A stretch of 59,456 nt of DNA, the filler included, from Nemertoderma westbladi (lineage: Eukaryota; Animalia; Xenacoelomorpha), in NCBI GenBank assembly GCA_032718475.1. It is 3 parts of 3 records of this genome, joined end to end, with 100 filler letters (N's around TTAATTAATTAA, not from the genome) between each part and the next. Parts side by side here need not be neighbours in the genome. Positions count along the whole stretch, not along the records: positions 1 to 24,708 come from JAUCBJ010004519.1; positions 24,809 to 48,420 come from JAUCBJ010005786.1; 1 more part is not named here. One strand, written 5' to 3'. Below the pieces are notes generated by a model. It was not told the DNA's origin. It ran no database searches and was given only the letters and a program-made list of their open reading frames with translations. Shown in pieces: positions 12,520 to 24,885 of the stretch. The translations under genes and the position numbers were made by a program. Each line of letters starts with the position of its first letter. The stretch's first letter is position 1.

Positions 12520-13455
12520 TAGCGTTAGACCGGAGCCAGATTTTTGCCGGAGCCGGAACCGGACCGGGTAAATTCCAAAAGTACCGGAGCCGGAACCGGA
12601 GCCGGACCGGGTAAGTAATATTAAACAAATATATATTGAGGCCTGGTATGACTGTATGACAGTATGACCTACAGCTACAGGTACCAGTACCACTGTCATA
12701 ATAGAGTATAGACTAACATACTAGTTATAATACGACCTGGCATGTTGCAGTTAGTCCACTACACAGCTACATTTAGTGAGCCAACTTCTGCACTTTCTTG
12801 CTTTCTGACTTTGTTTTTACTCATAAACCAGTACATTAGTCTGGTAGTTTTATTAGATATTAAACCTAACAGCCGAACAACAGAACAACGATGCAATAGC
12901 AATATAGACTGATAGAAGAATGGTTGATAGCATCAGCCCAGTCTGCCAGTACTGCAGTAGATCTGTAGATGTAGAGGTCAGAGGTATACTAATACTACTG
13001 CTGTACTGTACTAGGCTAGTGACAGGCAGACAGGCTAGACAGAGTTAGTAGGTAGTACTAGTACAGTATGTAGTACTGTCAGACTGTAGGTACTAGTGTA
13101 CTGACTGCCTGTCTTTCAGTCTTTGTACTGTTGTAGCCTCAGTCTGGCACCTGGTAGGCCAGTCAGCCAGCATGCCAGACCAGCAGTAGGCAGTGTAGCT
13201 GTACTATGATGGACTAGACTAGACTGTAGAGTGCTAGATGACCAGATGACTGTGACTGTCAAACTGTGGACAACTGATTGTGCATTGTACTGTTGTACAT
13301 TGTGTTTGTGTTGTGTGTCTCTGTCTGTCTTTTACAGTTTTATACCTACTGGAGCTCCGGTTCTCCGGTCAATTTTTTGCCGGAGCCGGACCGGAACCGG
13401 AGAACCATTTTCCGGGCCGGATCCGGACCGGAGCCGGAGCTCCGGTCTAACACTA
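12520..13455. mobile_element. hAT-like non-autonomous element (TAG termini, 8-bp TSD)
   Basis: TIR TAGCGTTAGACCGGAGC/GCTCCGGTCTAACACTA; TSD CTCTGAAC at 12512-12519 and 13456-13463; subterminal CCGGA repeats; single CTCTGAAC at the empty site near 33860. Confidence 0.9.
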
Positions 13456-14454
13456 CTCTGAACCAAGGTGGAACAAGTGTCAGATACCGTCAGATCAGAT
13501 CAGATCAGATAAGGACAGACGTTTTAGCCATCCTAGCCAGTACCAGAGTACTGCAGTAATTAGGCCTACACGTACTGACGTAACGTACGCTGGTACTTCG
13601 CGGCTCGCGCAGCACGTAGGGCCTAATTAGTGGATCTAGTCAGCTAGTCCAGTAGTCTAGTCACTCGCCCCATACTGCCATAGTCCCTATTGAAAAGTTT
13701 CACATGTACGCCGAGCACGTTCGGCGCAGCACTAGAACTTGCGCCGGGAGCTGGCGCAGAAATGTGCTACGCCGGCAATGAGCCGGAAGGGTCGGCGCAG
13801 AGATGTGCTACGCCGGCGTAGCCGGCGGAGCACTGGCAATGGTAGAGATGCTGCGCTCGGCGCAGCAGGCGTCGAAATATTCCCGGCGTCGACGCTGCAG
13901 AAATTGACGCGGCGCCGGAGCAGGAATCAGCCCAGCACACCCGGCGTATACATATTTGCCTGGCGCAGACTGGCAGAAATCAGCCGAACCTAGCACCAGG
14001 CAGACAGTGAGACTCTGAGACTGAAACAGCAGACATGCGTTCATCAGACCAACAGCACAGCAACACAATAACAACTGGCCATTCAGGAGGCAGAAAGGAA
14101 ACTCACACTGCAGCACTGGCTGTCTGCAACTGGTCATTTATTTACGTATTTCACCTTATGCTGTTATGCAGTAGGCAGGTAGGCTATCACAGTTCCAGCT
14201 ATCAGCTGATCAGTCATTATTGCTATTGGTCATAGTCAGTTTATTTATTTTACATAATATTGCTGTATTGTATAAGCTATATTTATATTATATTATATTA
14301 TTTGGATGGAGACACCGCTGTCATAGAAGCGTATAAATAAAACTGCACATATAATAAAACAGGCAGACAGAATGAAGTTGAACGGTGAATAAAACAAAAC
14401 GACTTATACTATGGCACTATTGATAATGAAACAATTTATTACCGACACACATGT

Positions 14455-15420
14455 GTAACCATTGGAAATTGCAGTTCAATGACTCCAAGTGCAAGGTCAT
14501 GCATACATCTATGTTCTAGAAATCCCCAAGCAACGTTTTACACAATGAATGGACGGACACTTTTATCGGCAACCGAGGAACGTGATTTTGGAATTACATT
14601 TACACCAGACTTGTCCTTCACAGCATCACAACTCACTGCACAAAGACTGCAGCCCGCGCCATGCGAGTCGTACATTTAATACGAAGAACTTTTACATATT
14701 TGGAAGCTCCGATGTTTACCCTCTGACCCTGTTATACAAATCCCTTGTTCGGCCTCTCCTTGAATACGACACAGTTGTTTCTTCGCCATTCCTCCGACAT
14801 GATAAATATTGAACGTGTTGAACAAGTACAACACCGTGTGGTCACTCGCCTTGTACAGTTGTACTATCGCTGGCTGAGTTGTCTACTACTAGGATCGGCA
14901 TGCTGCATTGCAGCTGCATTTTTAAGAATGCTGTGCCGGCTTGTCAACAAAATTGCACCGCCACAACTCCCTATCACCCATGACATTTGCTAGATCATCC
15001 GCATCTTTAAGGCCAGTGTCCTTTAAGATGCGTCTCAAGAAAGTCATGGGCTGTCCACCATGCTTATTCACTCCATGAGGCTGCCAAAGTACAAGATTAT
15101 GCACTGGCTGGTCCTCACGGCGAAAGCTGAGTTGTCATGAAAACCAACTACTTGCACTCAAACTACCGACATTAATATATCGCCGTGTACTAGCCGACCT
15201 TATAACAACATACAAGTTTATCAAGGGGATTGACAAATTTGAGCAAATTAATTTCTTCCAGTTTCGTTCCTAACGCCACCAATGCTAACACGCAACAACT
15301 TTGCAGACAGCGTTGCAACATTTGGAATCCTTTACCGTTACCGGAAAGTGTTGTTAATGCACGTAATACCCTTGGTACTCCATGATTGAGCATATTGAAA
15401 AATAGACTAGACTGCGAAAT
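14455..15420 (+). mobile_element. CR1-type LINE 3' fragment, interrupted by an RTE insertion
   Basis: Frameshifted pieces ERDFGITF, LYKSLVRPLLEY and IERVEQVQ; after 15137 a WNPLP..ESVVNA-type terminal motif. Confidence 0.7.
14884..15125 (-). mobile_element. Short 5'-truncated RTE insertion with (TAG)n tail and 11-bp TSD
   Basis: Near-identical to 2735-2972; TSD GCTGAGTTGTC at 14873-14883 and 15126-15136. Confidence 0.92.
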
Positions 15421-17015
15421 GTCCTTTAAAATGAATATATAGTGATACTCCTGTGCGCCAAGTGGCAGTAGCGAAAGCGATATCTTTCGGATACAACGAT
15501 ATCTTTATTAAAATCTAGCTACAGTACCTATTACAGTATTATTTTCATTTTTTCAATCCCAATAAACTTTTTTTTGTGTTAAATTTTAAAATAGTGTTTT
15601 TTTATGTTTAATTGTTTTCCTATCTTTTGTAGTTACTTTACTTTGCGCGTTTTATTTCAGCAGTAATATTTTACTTATGCGACATACTGTACTGTACCTA
15701 CGGTACCAAATTTATGTTCCGTATAACTACGTATTGTTGTGTTGTATCCTATAGAGTATTGTAAACTTGTCCCTTATTAATATGTTTGCCTTTAGTACTG
15801 TATGTTGTTGAAGCCCTTGAACCTAAGTATGCTTTGCCGGTTTTTAATTTAATTTTTCTGTAATTTAATTTTTTTTTTAATAATTAATACTGTATGCACC
15901 AACTGTAGGTACTGTAAATAAACTATAATTTTAATTATTTTACTAATTTTACCTGAATACCATTATCCGTATTTTTCTTACAATAGTACATACGCATATT
16001 AGCGTACTTTATTGCCAGATATGTGTTCATTTTATTTTAATCTACTGTACGTGTACGTACGTGTGCAAAAATTAATATTTTATTGTTATTCTGCCGATAT
16101 TAATAACATAACATACAGCTAGTCATTATTCATTCAGACATACCGTATCTGTAGCATAGACGTATAGGACCACATTACGTAGTATGTAATAAAGTAGAAC
16201 GTAGTACATAAATACAAGGACTAGGCCTACTGAAGTAGTCTTTAATATTTTTTCTATAATTTATAATCATATTGTAACATTTGACTAATTTCAAAAAATG
16301 TACACCTTACTTGACAACAAAAATTTACATGCAGTGTTTCTTAAGTAGGCCTAGTTGTTTCGTAATGTTACACTTTTGGAATAAAACAACGTACCTACTG
16401 TACTTGTTGCATTTGTCTTTATTAAGGTTTTCCGTCTCTGTATCCTTATTTTCATTTCACCCACCCACAACTCTCGTTCGTTTAAGTAACAACTCGGATT
16501 AGTGCAGCTGCAGTATTATAGATAACCGAATAAACTACAGGTACAGTACAGTATAACAGGCAGATTTTATGTTTTATACCAGTCAGCCCGGTGCAGCTTT
16601 GAAGAGCCGGTGGAAGATTTTTCACCCGGCGCAGCATTTTGCATTGCACAGAGCCGGCGCAGGATTTTTGCACCCGGCGTGGCGTGGTTTTGCACAGAGC
16701 CGGCGCAGGATTTTTTGCACCCGGCGTGGTTTTGCTCAGAGCCGGCGCAGGATTTTTTGCACCCGGCGTGGTTTTGCTCAGAGCCGGCGCAGGATTTTTG
16801 GCACCCGGCGCCGCGTTCGGCGCAGAAAATAAAACTTTTCAATAGGGGCCATAGTGGCAGTTAGGCTGTAAAATTTAGTCTGTCAGCTGGCTGCCTGGTC
16901 AGTCTGTGAGCAGAATCTCTTTGTTCTGTTATTCCTGTATTCAGGTATTCAGCAATGCTCGTCACTCGTACCAGTCTGCAGTCCACCAATCAGCCGGTGC
17001 CGGTAGGTCACACCT

Positions 17016-17540
17016 GGGTGACAGACCGAACGTAATCAGGATCGAATGTAACATAGTTTTTACGAATCGAACGTAACCTCAATTATGTCAGTATGTTACA
17101 TTGGATCCTATAACTACAGAACTATGTTACATTCGATCTACAAATTACTAAGCTCGAATGTAACATACATTTACTTCAGTTATGTTTTGATTTAAGGAGT
17201 TACAGAGTTAACCGATGAAATGCTTCGTTTATTTACAGGAAGAAACAGTTTGGTGTTGGTGAGTACAAAACAAAAAACCCAATTAAGTAACCTGCAATCT
17301 TGTAACATGTGTTAACTTTCGTTTATTGTTTTGGTTCCCCCAACACGCCTCTGTAAGCTGTAACCTGCTCCTTTAAATCTGTAAATGGCAATGTTACTGT
17401 TACATTCGAGCTTAGTAATTTGTAGATCGAATGTAACATAGTTATAGGATCCAATGTAACATAATTGCAGTTACGTTCGATACGAAATAACTATGTTACA
17501 TTCGATCCTGATTACTTTCCGTCATGTATCCGTCACACCT
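17016..17540. mobile_element. Foldback MITE with nested TCGAATGTAAC inverted repeats
   Basis: GTAATCAGGATCGAATGTAACATAGTT inverted with AACTATGTTACATTCGATCCTGATTAC; GTCACACCT occurs at 17007-17015 and 17532-17540 (TSD or part of the TIR, ambiguous). Confidence 0.75.
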
Positions 17541-18642
17541 TCCAAATTTCTATTTCAGACGATGAGACGAATCTGATGACTGATGGTTGGTTCTAATGGA
17601 TGGTTGGACTGATGGTGTGCCAGTACTTTCAGCCTTTCTTCAGTCAGTCGGTGAGAAGTCAAAAATTGGACTTGAGTCCAAAATTGGACTTCGACTCCAT
17701 TTCAAGTCCAAAATTGGACTTCTGTGAGTCCAATATTGGACTTCAAATCAGCCAATTGTTCCAGGGCCTTGGGTAATTGGATCGGGCGGGATTTTTTTTT
17801 ATTAATCGAAAATATATCAAAAAATAAGAGTTTTGAACAGGGGGACCTGAAATTCACCAGGGGGAACTTTTTTTATAAGGCTTTGAATTTTTACAAAAGT
17901 CCAATATTGGACTTTAAGTCTAATTTCGGACGTGACATTGAGAATCAAACTTAAAGGTACATGAAGCATGACAGATGAGAGACAGCCAGACAGCTATTAA
18001 GTTATGGAAACTTAGCCTACCTTTGCAGCTCTGTATGTATCTTCAGTGTACTGTACTTAGAATATAGGCTAAATGGTACATTCTAGCATTCTAGGTACTT
18101 TGTACTTTACTTTTAGCATATTGTTTACAATCATGTTATGTCTAACCTTACAGCCTTATGTACCCAGGGCCAGGATTTTAGAGCAGTAGAGTCTTTAGGA
18201 CTAGATTAGATTATGCTCCAACAAATATTTAATTACAAATTATATTTGGTGGAAACTGGTAGCAATGCCAGGTTTGCCAACTGCAGCTGCTGCTAAGGCT
18301 GTAAGGCTAACTACAGTACAAGCTACGATTTCGTCTAAGCCTATGGGCTATGGGAGCCCTATCAGAAAGAAATACTACAAGTTGATGCTACCACCATCTC
18401 TACTAATTTTTCCATACAACAGGAAGGGTGTTTTAAAACAGCTGTATAATGAAAGGGGATTAGTAACTGATTAACGTGTTGGGGTCTCCACATAATAAGT
18501 ACAGAAGTAAGAAGTAACACATGCCATAATTATAAACCAATTGAGGGAAAGGAACAGGTTACAGAGGCAGGCATTTCTAACTAAAACAATAAACGGCCAC
18601 TTTTGACTTTACCAATTGAAGGAGCCTTATCACCTCACCACA

Positions 18643-20131
18643 TACTACTACTACAATCGGCATGCTGCATTACAGCTGCATTATATATATAGACCCTATT
18701 ACTGCATTAAGAATGCTGTGCCGGCTTGTTGACAAAAGCAGTAGGGAACATACCCTTAAATAAGCTCCAAAAGTGGGTTCTTATTTAAGGAAAATGGCTC
18801 TTATTTAGGGGTTTTTGGGCCTTTTTTGGATATTTTTTCGATATAATATGCTATAACTTGTTTCAGGAAAAAATACCGCATAATTTTATTTCACAATGTA
18901 AAAGTTGGGTCTTTCTTGAACATAAAGCAAAAAACCAGAAAACATTTCACCGTCCGGTTTGTTTTCTACAAGCGTTTTAAAATTGCATCAAAAATACGAC
19001 TAGTTCCTAAATAAGGGGGATTTTTTAAATTTACCTTATTTAAGATATCGAAATCGAAAATAAATACCAAACAAAAGTCCCTAAATAAGACCTGGGTTTC
19101 TTATTTAGGAATACAAAATAAAATAAATATTCCTTATTCCTTACAGTATAGTTACACTTCTTTCATAATTATTTGATTTATGTCAGTCTGTATATTGCTA
19201 ATTGTTGGGTTAAGGATAAGGACAATGGTTGCACTGCACTCTATAAATCCTCTATAGAATATCGTATCATAATGAAGTTGCTAGCACTGGCATTCTTACC
19301 TCACACGGTAGCATAGAATAGCCCATTGATATTCAAAAGAATAGCCCATCACCCATCTGAGCATGGATGCATGCAGATTTTGGAATGAAATTGTATACCT
19401 AAAGATGAAACCCATGTCAAAAAGTTCTTATTTAAGGACTTTTAGTATGTATGTGTACAATTTCGATGTCTTAAATAAGGTAAATTTAAAAAATCCCTCT
19501 TATTTAGGAACTGGTCGTATTTTTGATGCAATTTTAAAACGCTTGTAGAAAACAAACCGGACGGTGAAATGTTTTCTGGTTTTTTGCATTATGTTCAAGA
19601 AAGCCCCAACTTTTATATTGTGAAATAATATTATGCGGTATTTTTACCTGAAACAAGTTATTGCATATTATGTCGAAAAAATATCCAAAAAAGGCCCAAA
19701 AACCCCTAAATAAGAGCCATTTTCCTTAAATAAGAACCCACTTTTGGAGCTTATTTAAGGGTATGTTCCCTACTGAAAAGTGCGCCTCCACAACTCCCTT
19801 ACACTCTTACAGCCTTATCACCCATGACATTTGCTAGATCATCCGCATTTTCAAGGCCAGTGTCCTTTAAGACAGTAAGAAAGATGCGTCTCAAGAAAGT
19901 CATGGGCTGTCCACTATGCTTATTCACTCCATGAGGTGCACTGGCTGGTCCTCATGGCTTAAAAGCGATGTCCTGCAAAGCGGAGGCGGCTTTGTTCTAG
20001 TGTCAAGCTTGGGGGAACCAATGACTGAATAAGACACCTCCAACCAGCCAACCCCAATGTTATATAGTGTCTGGTTGGAGATGCAGAGATGTGCTGTGTA
20101 TATTGCACTTGACACAGTCTGACAGTGAACC
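18643..20131 (-). mobile_element. Older RTE 3' fragment split by the 18739-19775 insertion
   Basis: 18643-18738 ((TAG)n tail and 3' end) and 19781-20131 match the RTE at 2610-2972, with many small insertions. Confidence 0.85.
18739..19775. mobile_element. Long-TIR element with CAGT termini and 5-bp TSD (family 3)
   Basis: About 350-bp TIRs starting CAGTAGGGAACATACCCTTAAATAAG; TSD AAAAG at 18734-18738 and 19776-19780; the RTE sequence rejoins across it. Confidence 0.92.
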
Positions 20132-20944
20132 TAATCAAAACAATTAGTCAATAAACATTAACTCAATTACATAATAGGTTACAGTTTTCAGTAGTCTTAT
20201 TTTTGCCATACGAAAATACCACAGGTATGGGTATGAATGAACTATACAGCTATGACTCAACTACCGCTACTGCGACTGCGGTATACACCACCAAGGCCAA
20301 TGAAGGCAGTGAGGCTACCGCAAAGCCATACCACTACCGCAAAAAGTAACTACTGATGTCTGACTGTACGTGTGCGATCCCTGCTTATAATACTTATAAT
20401 AATTAATTTGATCATTAAAATGATGTTGCATTGTAATTATATAATATATATGTCAGTATGTACTGATACGGGATGCAGTTTTGATTTAAATACCGATATA
20501 CAGTATGGCAGCATGGGTACACTTGGAGTTGTACTAAAGTCCAATATTGGACTTTGGAGTCCAAAATTGGACTTGAAGTCTAAAATTGGACTTGAAGTCC
20601 AATTTTTGACTTCTCACCGACTGTCAGTACCTAGTCCACTACTCCACTAGTCCTTGCATAGGGCATTTACTGATTTAGGGTGCACCACTCAGCCACTAAT
20701 AAAGTAGTACTGTAGTACTGTAGTAGGCTACCGGCAGACCGGTACTGCACACACTGTTGATCTGGCTGACTGCTACCGGTCAGCCGGTACATGAACATGC
20801 CTAACTGGCTTAGTCATGTTCCTGCAGTCAGCTACATACAGTACGAATGAGTATGACATGACAATAAGTCAAAAAATGGGAAAATCTTTCTGACCTGCGC
20901 TTACCGCTTAGGTCTGAGCGTAGTTCGACATAATGGGTTATTAT

Positions 20945-22889
20945 CAAGGCGTACTATATACAAGGCCATGCCGTCGAGTTAACTGGAGGCGGACTTTTTT
21001 TTTACAACAATTTGATATTTTGATATGGCGAGAGTTCTATAAATTTTCATTTGCTGAAATTTTGTCAATGGACGTAAGTAATTGAAGCATCCTCGTTAGG
21101 TAAGATACAAAATTTTATGGTAGCTAGTGTTTTTAGGTAGGTTTAGCTAGTAAATTCGACACAAAATTATGTTCTAGAACAAATATTTTTTGTTCTAGAA
21201 CATTTTTTAGAAAAAAATCGGGATTCTATTTAAAACGCATGGGATCGTTCTAAAACGTGTTTAAAATTAATAAAAAAATTGTGAAAAAAATAATGTGAAG
21301 AAATTGTTTTTCATTGATTTTGAACACGTTTTGGAACGATTCCATGTAGTACAGGCTCCATCCAGCCTATGACCGCGTAGGAATTTTATATATGAATCGG
21401 CTACCCTACATAGATGTTTAGTGCAGACTTGGGACATTTAAAAAAATTTGTGTAGACTTCACCAAATGGTTGAGCTCGTTTTTAGGGGGTCTTAAACATA
21501 TAGCAATGGAGAAAATTACCATAGCAACAGCTCTTATACAGTAGTAGACATGACGATTTAAAATTTAGAGCAAATTAATATTTTGGATATGAAGAATTTA
21601 ATGGCATATTTCGTTTTTTTGAAAATACCATAGCAACCAGGCGAAAACGACCTTCAAAGATAGCCATATTGACAATGTCCATAGCAACGGGCTTTGTAAT
21701 GCGTATTCAGTGGTTATGTGCACTGAACACTATGTCGGAATTGAGATTCTTGTCACAATTTTATTCGATAGTTAAAAATGTTATACTGTAATTGTGATTA
21801 ATTTACATAGTGTAAACGGCTAACAGATACTAAAAACACTTTATTAACAATTCTGACGCGTTGCCATGGCATCTAGAAAGTAAAACATATTGCATATTTT
21901 TCCTTATACTCGATATAGTGGGGGTAGAGGTTGATTTAAAAACGCTGCGGCTAATATGTAGCTTGTTTTTAGTCAAGGTTACTCATTGTCATGGCAACTA
22001 GAAATTGAAAAAGAATGCATATTGTTCCTTATACTTGATATAATAGTGGTAGGCTCTGATTCCATCATGATACGACCACTGAATACGCATTACAAAGCCC
22101 GTTGCTATGGACATTGTCAATATTTCTATCTTTGAAGGTCGTTTTCACCTGGTTGCTATGGTATTTTCAAAAAACTAAATATGCTATTAAATTATATATT
22201 TTAATATTATATATATTATTATATATATAACCAAAATATTAATCTGCTGTAAATTTTAAATCGTCATATCTACGATAAGAGCTGTTGCTGTGGTAATTTT
22301 CTCTATTGCTATGTTTAAACCCCCTAAAAAACGAGCGCAACCATTTGGTGAAGTCTACCCAAAATTTTTTAAACGTCCCAAGTCTGCACTAAACACCTAT
22401 GTAGGGTAGCCGAGTCATATATAAAATTCCTACGGGGTCATAGGCTGGAGCCTGTACTAATGCTTTTTAAATAGAATCCCGATTTTTTTCTAAAAAATGT
22501 TCTACAGTAGAACAAAAAATATTTGTTCTAGAACATAATTTTTTTTAAAAATGATTACCACCCTACATGACCTACATTTTCTCTACAAATAGTAACAAGA
22601 ACTACTGTTACTACAAAAATTTAGAGAGGGAAGTAGACTGTCGGAACCAGTGTCGAAATTACAGTACTAGCTAAACCTACTTAAAACACTAGCTACCATA
22701 AAATGTTGTACTGTATCTTACTTAAACGAAGAGGCTTCAAGTACGCCCATTGATCAAATTGCAGCAAATGAAAATTGATAGAACTCTCCCCATATCAAAA
22801 TATCAAATTGTTGTATAAAAATATTGCCCCCAGTCACCGCCCCCAGTTAACTCGATGGCAAGGCCTTGAGTATACTGTAGTACGCCTTG
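20945..22889. mobile_element. P-superfamily-like foldback element (CAAGG termini, 8-bp TSD)
   Basis: TIR CAAGGCGTACTA/TAGTACGCCTTG; TSD GTTATTAT at 20937-20944 and 22890-22897; arms homologous to 46333-47258. Confidence 0.88.
21347..22459. mobile_element. Long-TIR element, Academ-like (TAG termini, 3-bp TSD)
   Basis: TIR TAGTACAGGCTCCA/TGGAGCCTGTACTA with about 370-bp arms; TSD ATG at 21344-21346 and 22460-22462; empty site GATTCCATGCTTTT near 46846. Confidence 0.82.
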
Positions 22890-23192
22890 GTTATTATACC
22901 GTACAGTATAACACCAGTTTCAGAGTTTGAAAATTATACGCGTAGGGTGTTGCGCCCCCAAATTGAACCTCACCTGCACGCTATTTTAGATAATGCCATT
23001 TGTCTCCGGATTATGCCTTCGGGTCGCCTCCGGCCTCGTCCGACTGATGGCTTTGCTTTAGCTATTACTTCATTCATACTGTATATGTTACCGTTAGAGC
23101 CCTTTTTATGTAAAGGACCTTATTCAATTTTGTGAAATATCGTGCTGCTCAAAGACAGACTGCTGTAGGTACATCTTACGTTTTGTCTACTA

Positions 23193-24708
23193 GGGCAATT
23201 CCATCGTTACGGACTCACATTCGTACGCAATTTTCGAAATTAACTGACATATTTAATTAACAACTTTACAATATAAATAACAATTACCTATGGTGGCTGA
23301 TGGATTAATGGTACATCTTTACTTTGAGTTATAAAAAAGAGTTGTATCTCATTTCATTCATCTGGATATTGTAAATATAGTGCCCGTTACGGACTCACAT
23401 ACAAATGGACAAAGAAAAATTACTCCATTTTATTTTGACAAATTCTGAAATGTTTTAACGCCATACGTTGTAACTTTCACAATGCGAGGTAGATACATCC
23501 AATTTTGTAAATTTGTAAGTTAATAGCAGAAACATATGGTGGCAAACATCATTTATAGGGAAATTGTTCGTTACGGACTCACAGAAAAAAATTTTACGGA
23601 CTCACACTTGAAATCGTTATGCACTCGTTATATTGTTTAGAAAAAAAGAGCAACGACCAATGAATGTTTATGGTGTTTATTCAATAAATATCTTTATTAC
23701 TTATATACCTTTCACAATGTACCTTAAGAATCACTATCTTTAGCAGTGTTCATGAAGTTATAAAGGTACATCATATCTATGAGATTGAGTAGGCATATTT
23801 GGTGTGTGTATAGTAGTGTATATTTAATATCCTATAAGTTCATATGACCATAATTTGTTAAAATGACCAATTTCTAGTTCTTTAAAAACATAAATACCAC
23901 GTTCACGGAAAAATTTTTATACTGGAAAATAAATTTTGAACAGTATTTTGTTGTATTTATGACTTAACTATCACTGTAGGACTACTTAAGTTATTCCACC
24001 TTGGTGTAGTTGGTTAAATCGGTGGCATTGAAATCACATCCCTCCTTGGGTCGTGGGTTCGATCCAAGGCGTCCTTTAATACTTTAATATCCTTTATCAT
24101 TTTATATCCTTTAATAGGGCTAGGGTAGTTTTCGTTTCGGCACAAATAAATACTTTAAAGACAATAAAGAGACTTATTAGCAAGGGCGCCTCTCTTCCTT
24201 CCGTAAATGGTAGCTAAATGAGTACTGGAGTTTCCTCTGGGGAATATAGGAGGGGACCGCACTGGTAAATAATTATTGAGTCTTTGTGCGTAATCCCTGG
24301 CCTAACGGACGATTTTTTTGTATCACAATCTATCATTCGCTCACTCGTTCCATGAAATCTTGGCAAACTTCGAGGGTATCATACTATACCATCTTGGTCA
24401 GTAATTTCTATCATCCGTGATGATATATGCCGTTTGGCCCTTTCAGCACCAGAAATGTGAGTATTAGACGTAAGAGACAGGAGTAAAGGATTAAACGGGC
24501 GCTATGAAGAATGTCGTACAGTAGTATGATGTATGAATGAATACGTTCGAATGTACTGTCGATGGACAATTGTCAGACTAAAAGGAGCTGAATACTTTCA
24601 GTTTACATAGTGAATATTGTATAAAAAGCAGAATGATTATACCTAACCTACCGCATGGTGAGTCCGTAACGAACAACGTGTGAGTCCGTAACGCTGTTCT
24701 TAAACGTT
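23193..24708. mobile_element. TIR element with CGTTACGGACTCAC subterminal repeats, right end lost in the gap
   Basis: Motif repeated four times on the left (23205-23605) and inverted twice at 24658-24692; starts TA|GGGCAATTCC, so possibly PIF/Harbinger-like. Confidence 0.6.
23996..24240 (+). mobile_element. tRNA-derived SINE with Nin-like core
   Basis: TTGGTGTAGTTGGTT (A box), GGGTTCGATCC (B box), then GGTAGTTTTCGTTTCGGCAC and CCTTCC...GGTAGCTAAATGAGTACT. Confidence 0.75.
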
Positions 24709-24808
24709 NNNNNNNNNNNNNNNNNNNNNNNNNNNNNNNNNNNNNNNNNNNNTTAATTAATTAANNNNNNNNNNNNNNNNNNNNNNNNNNNNNNNNNNNN
24801 NNNNNNNN
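24709..24808. other. Assembly gap with TTAATTAATTAA linker
   Basis: 100-nt N spacer containing a six-frame stop linker; identical structure at 48421-48520. Confidence 0.97.
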
Positions 24809-24885
24809 CTTCCAAAAAATTTGGTAGGCGAGACCGACGTTTGGGTAGCGGCGCCTACCTTCGCCTTATACTGGCTACGGGCCTG
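24809..24885. mobile_element. Probable right end of a hAT-like element
   Basis: Ends CTGGCTACGGGCCTG (CAGGCCCGTAGCCAG on the minus strand); the remainder is in the gap. Confidence 0.4.

Larger units (their letters stand above)
8314..13535. mobile_element. Mutator-like non-autonomous element, copy A (9-bp TSD), expanded by nested insertions
   Basis: TSD GCCAGTACC at 8305-8313 and 13536-13544; inverted ends AAAACGTCTGTCCTTATCTGATCTGA; collinear with copy B at 32134-33944. Confidence 0.88.
13685..16847. mobile_element. TIR element with CCCTATTG termini, 8-bp TSD and GC-rich subterminal repeats, copy 1
   Basis: TIR CCCTATTGAAAAGTTT/AAACTTTTCAATAGGG; TSD GCCATAGT at 13677-13684 and 16848-16855; CGGCGCAG motifs at both ends, forming a 42-bp tandem unit at about 16600-16830. 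Confidence 0.88.
17645..20623. mobile_element. Non-autonomous DNA transposon with CAGT termini and 5-bp TSD (family 2)
   Basis: Perfect 29-bp TIR CAGTCGGTGAGAAGTCAAAAATTGGACTT; TSD TCAGT at 17640-17644 and 20624-20628; subterminal AGTCCAAAATTGGACT palindromes. Confidence 0.9.

Noticed and set aside
16482-16864. Repeat-peptide ORFs (also 1491-1920, 29329-29656, 30768-30999)
   Set aside because: Translations of tandem or terminal repeats of mobile elements.
23996-24075. Functional tRNA gene (also 10045-10110 and 33785-33860)
   Set aside because: A and B boxes are present but there is no convincing cloverleaf, and each head is followed by a shared SINE body.
24753-24764. TTAATTAATTAA as a biological motif
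   Set aside because: It sits at the same place inside both N gaps, so it is a scaffolding linker.
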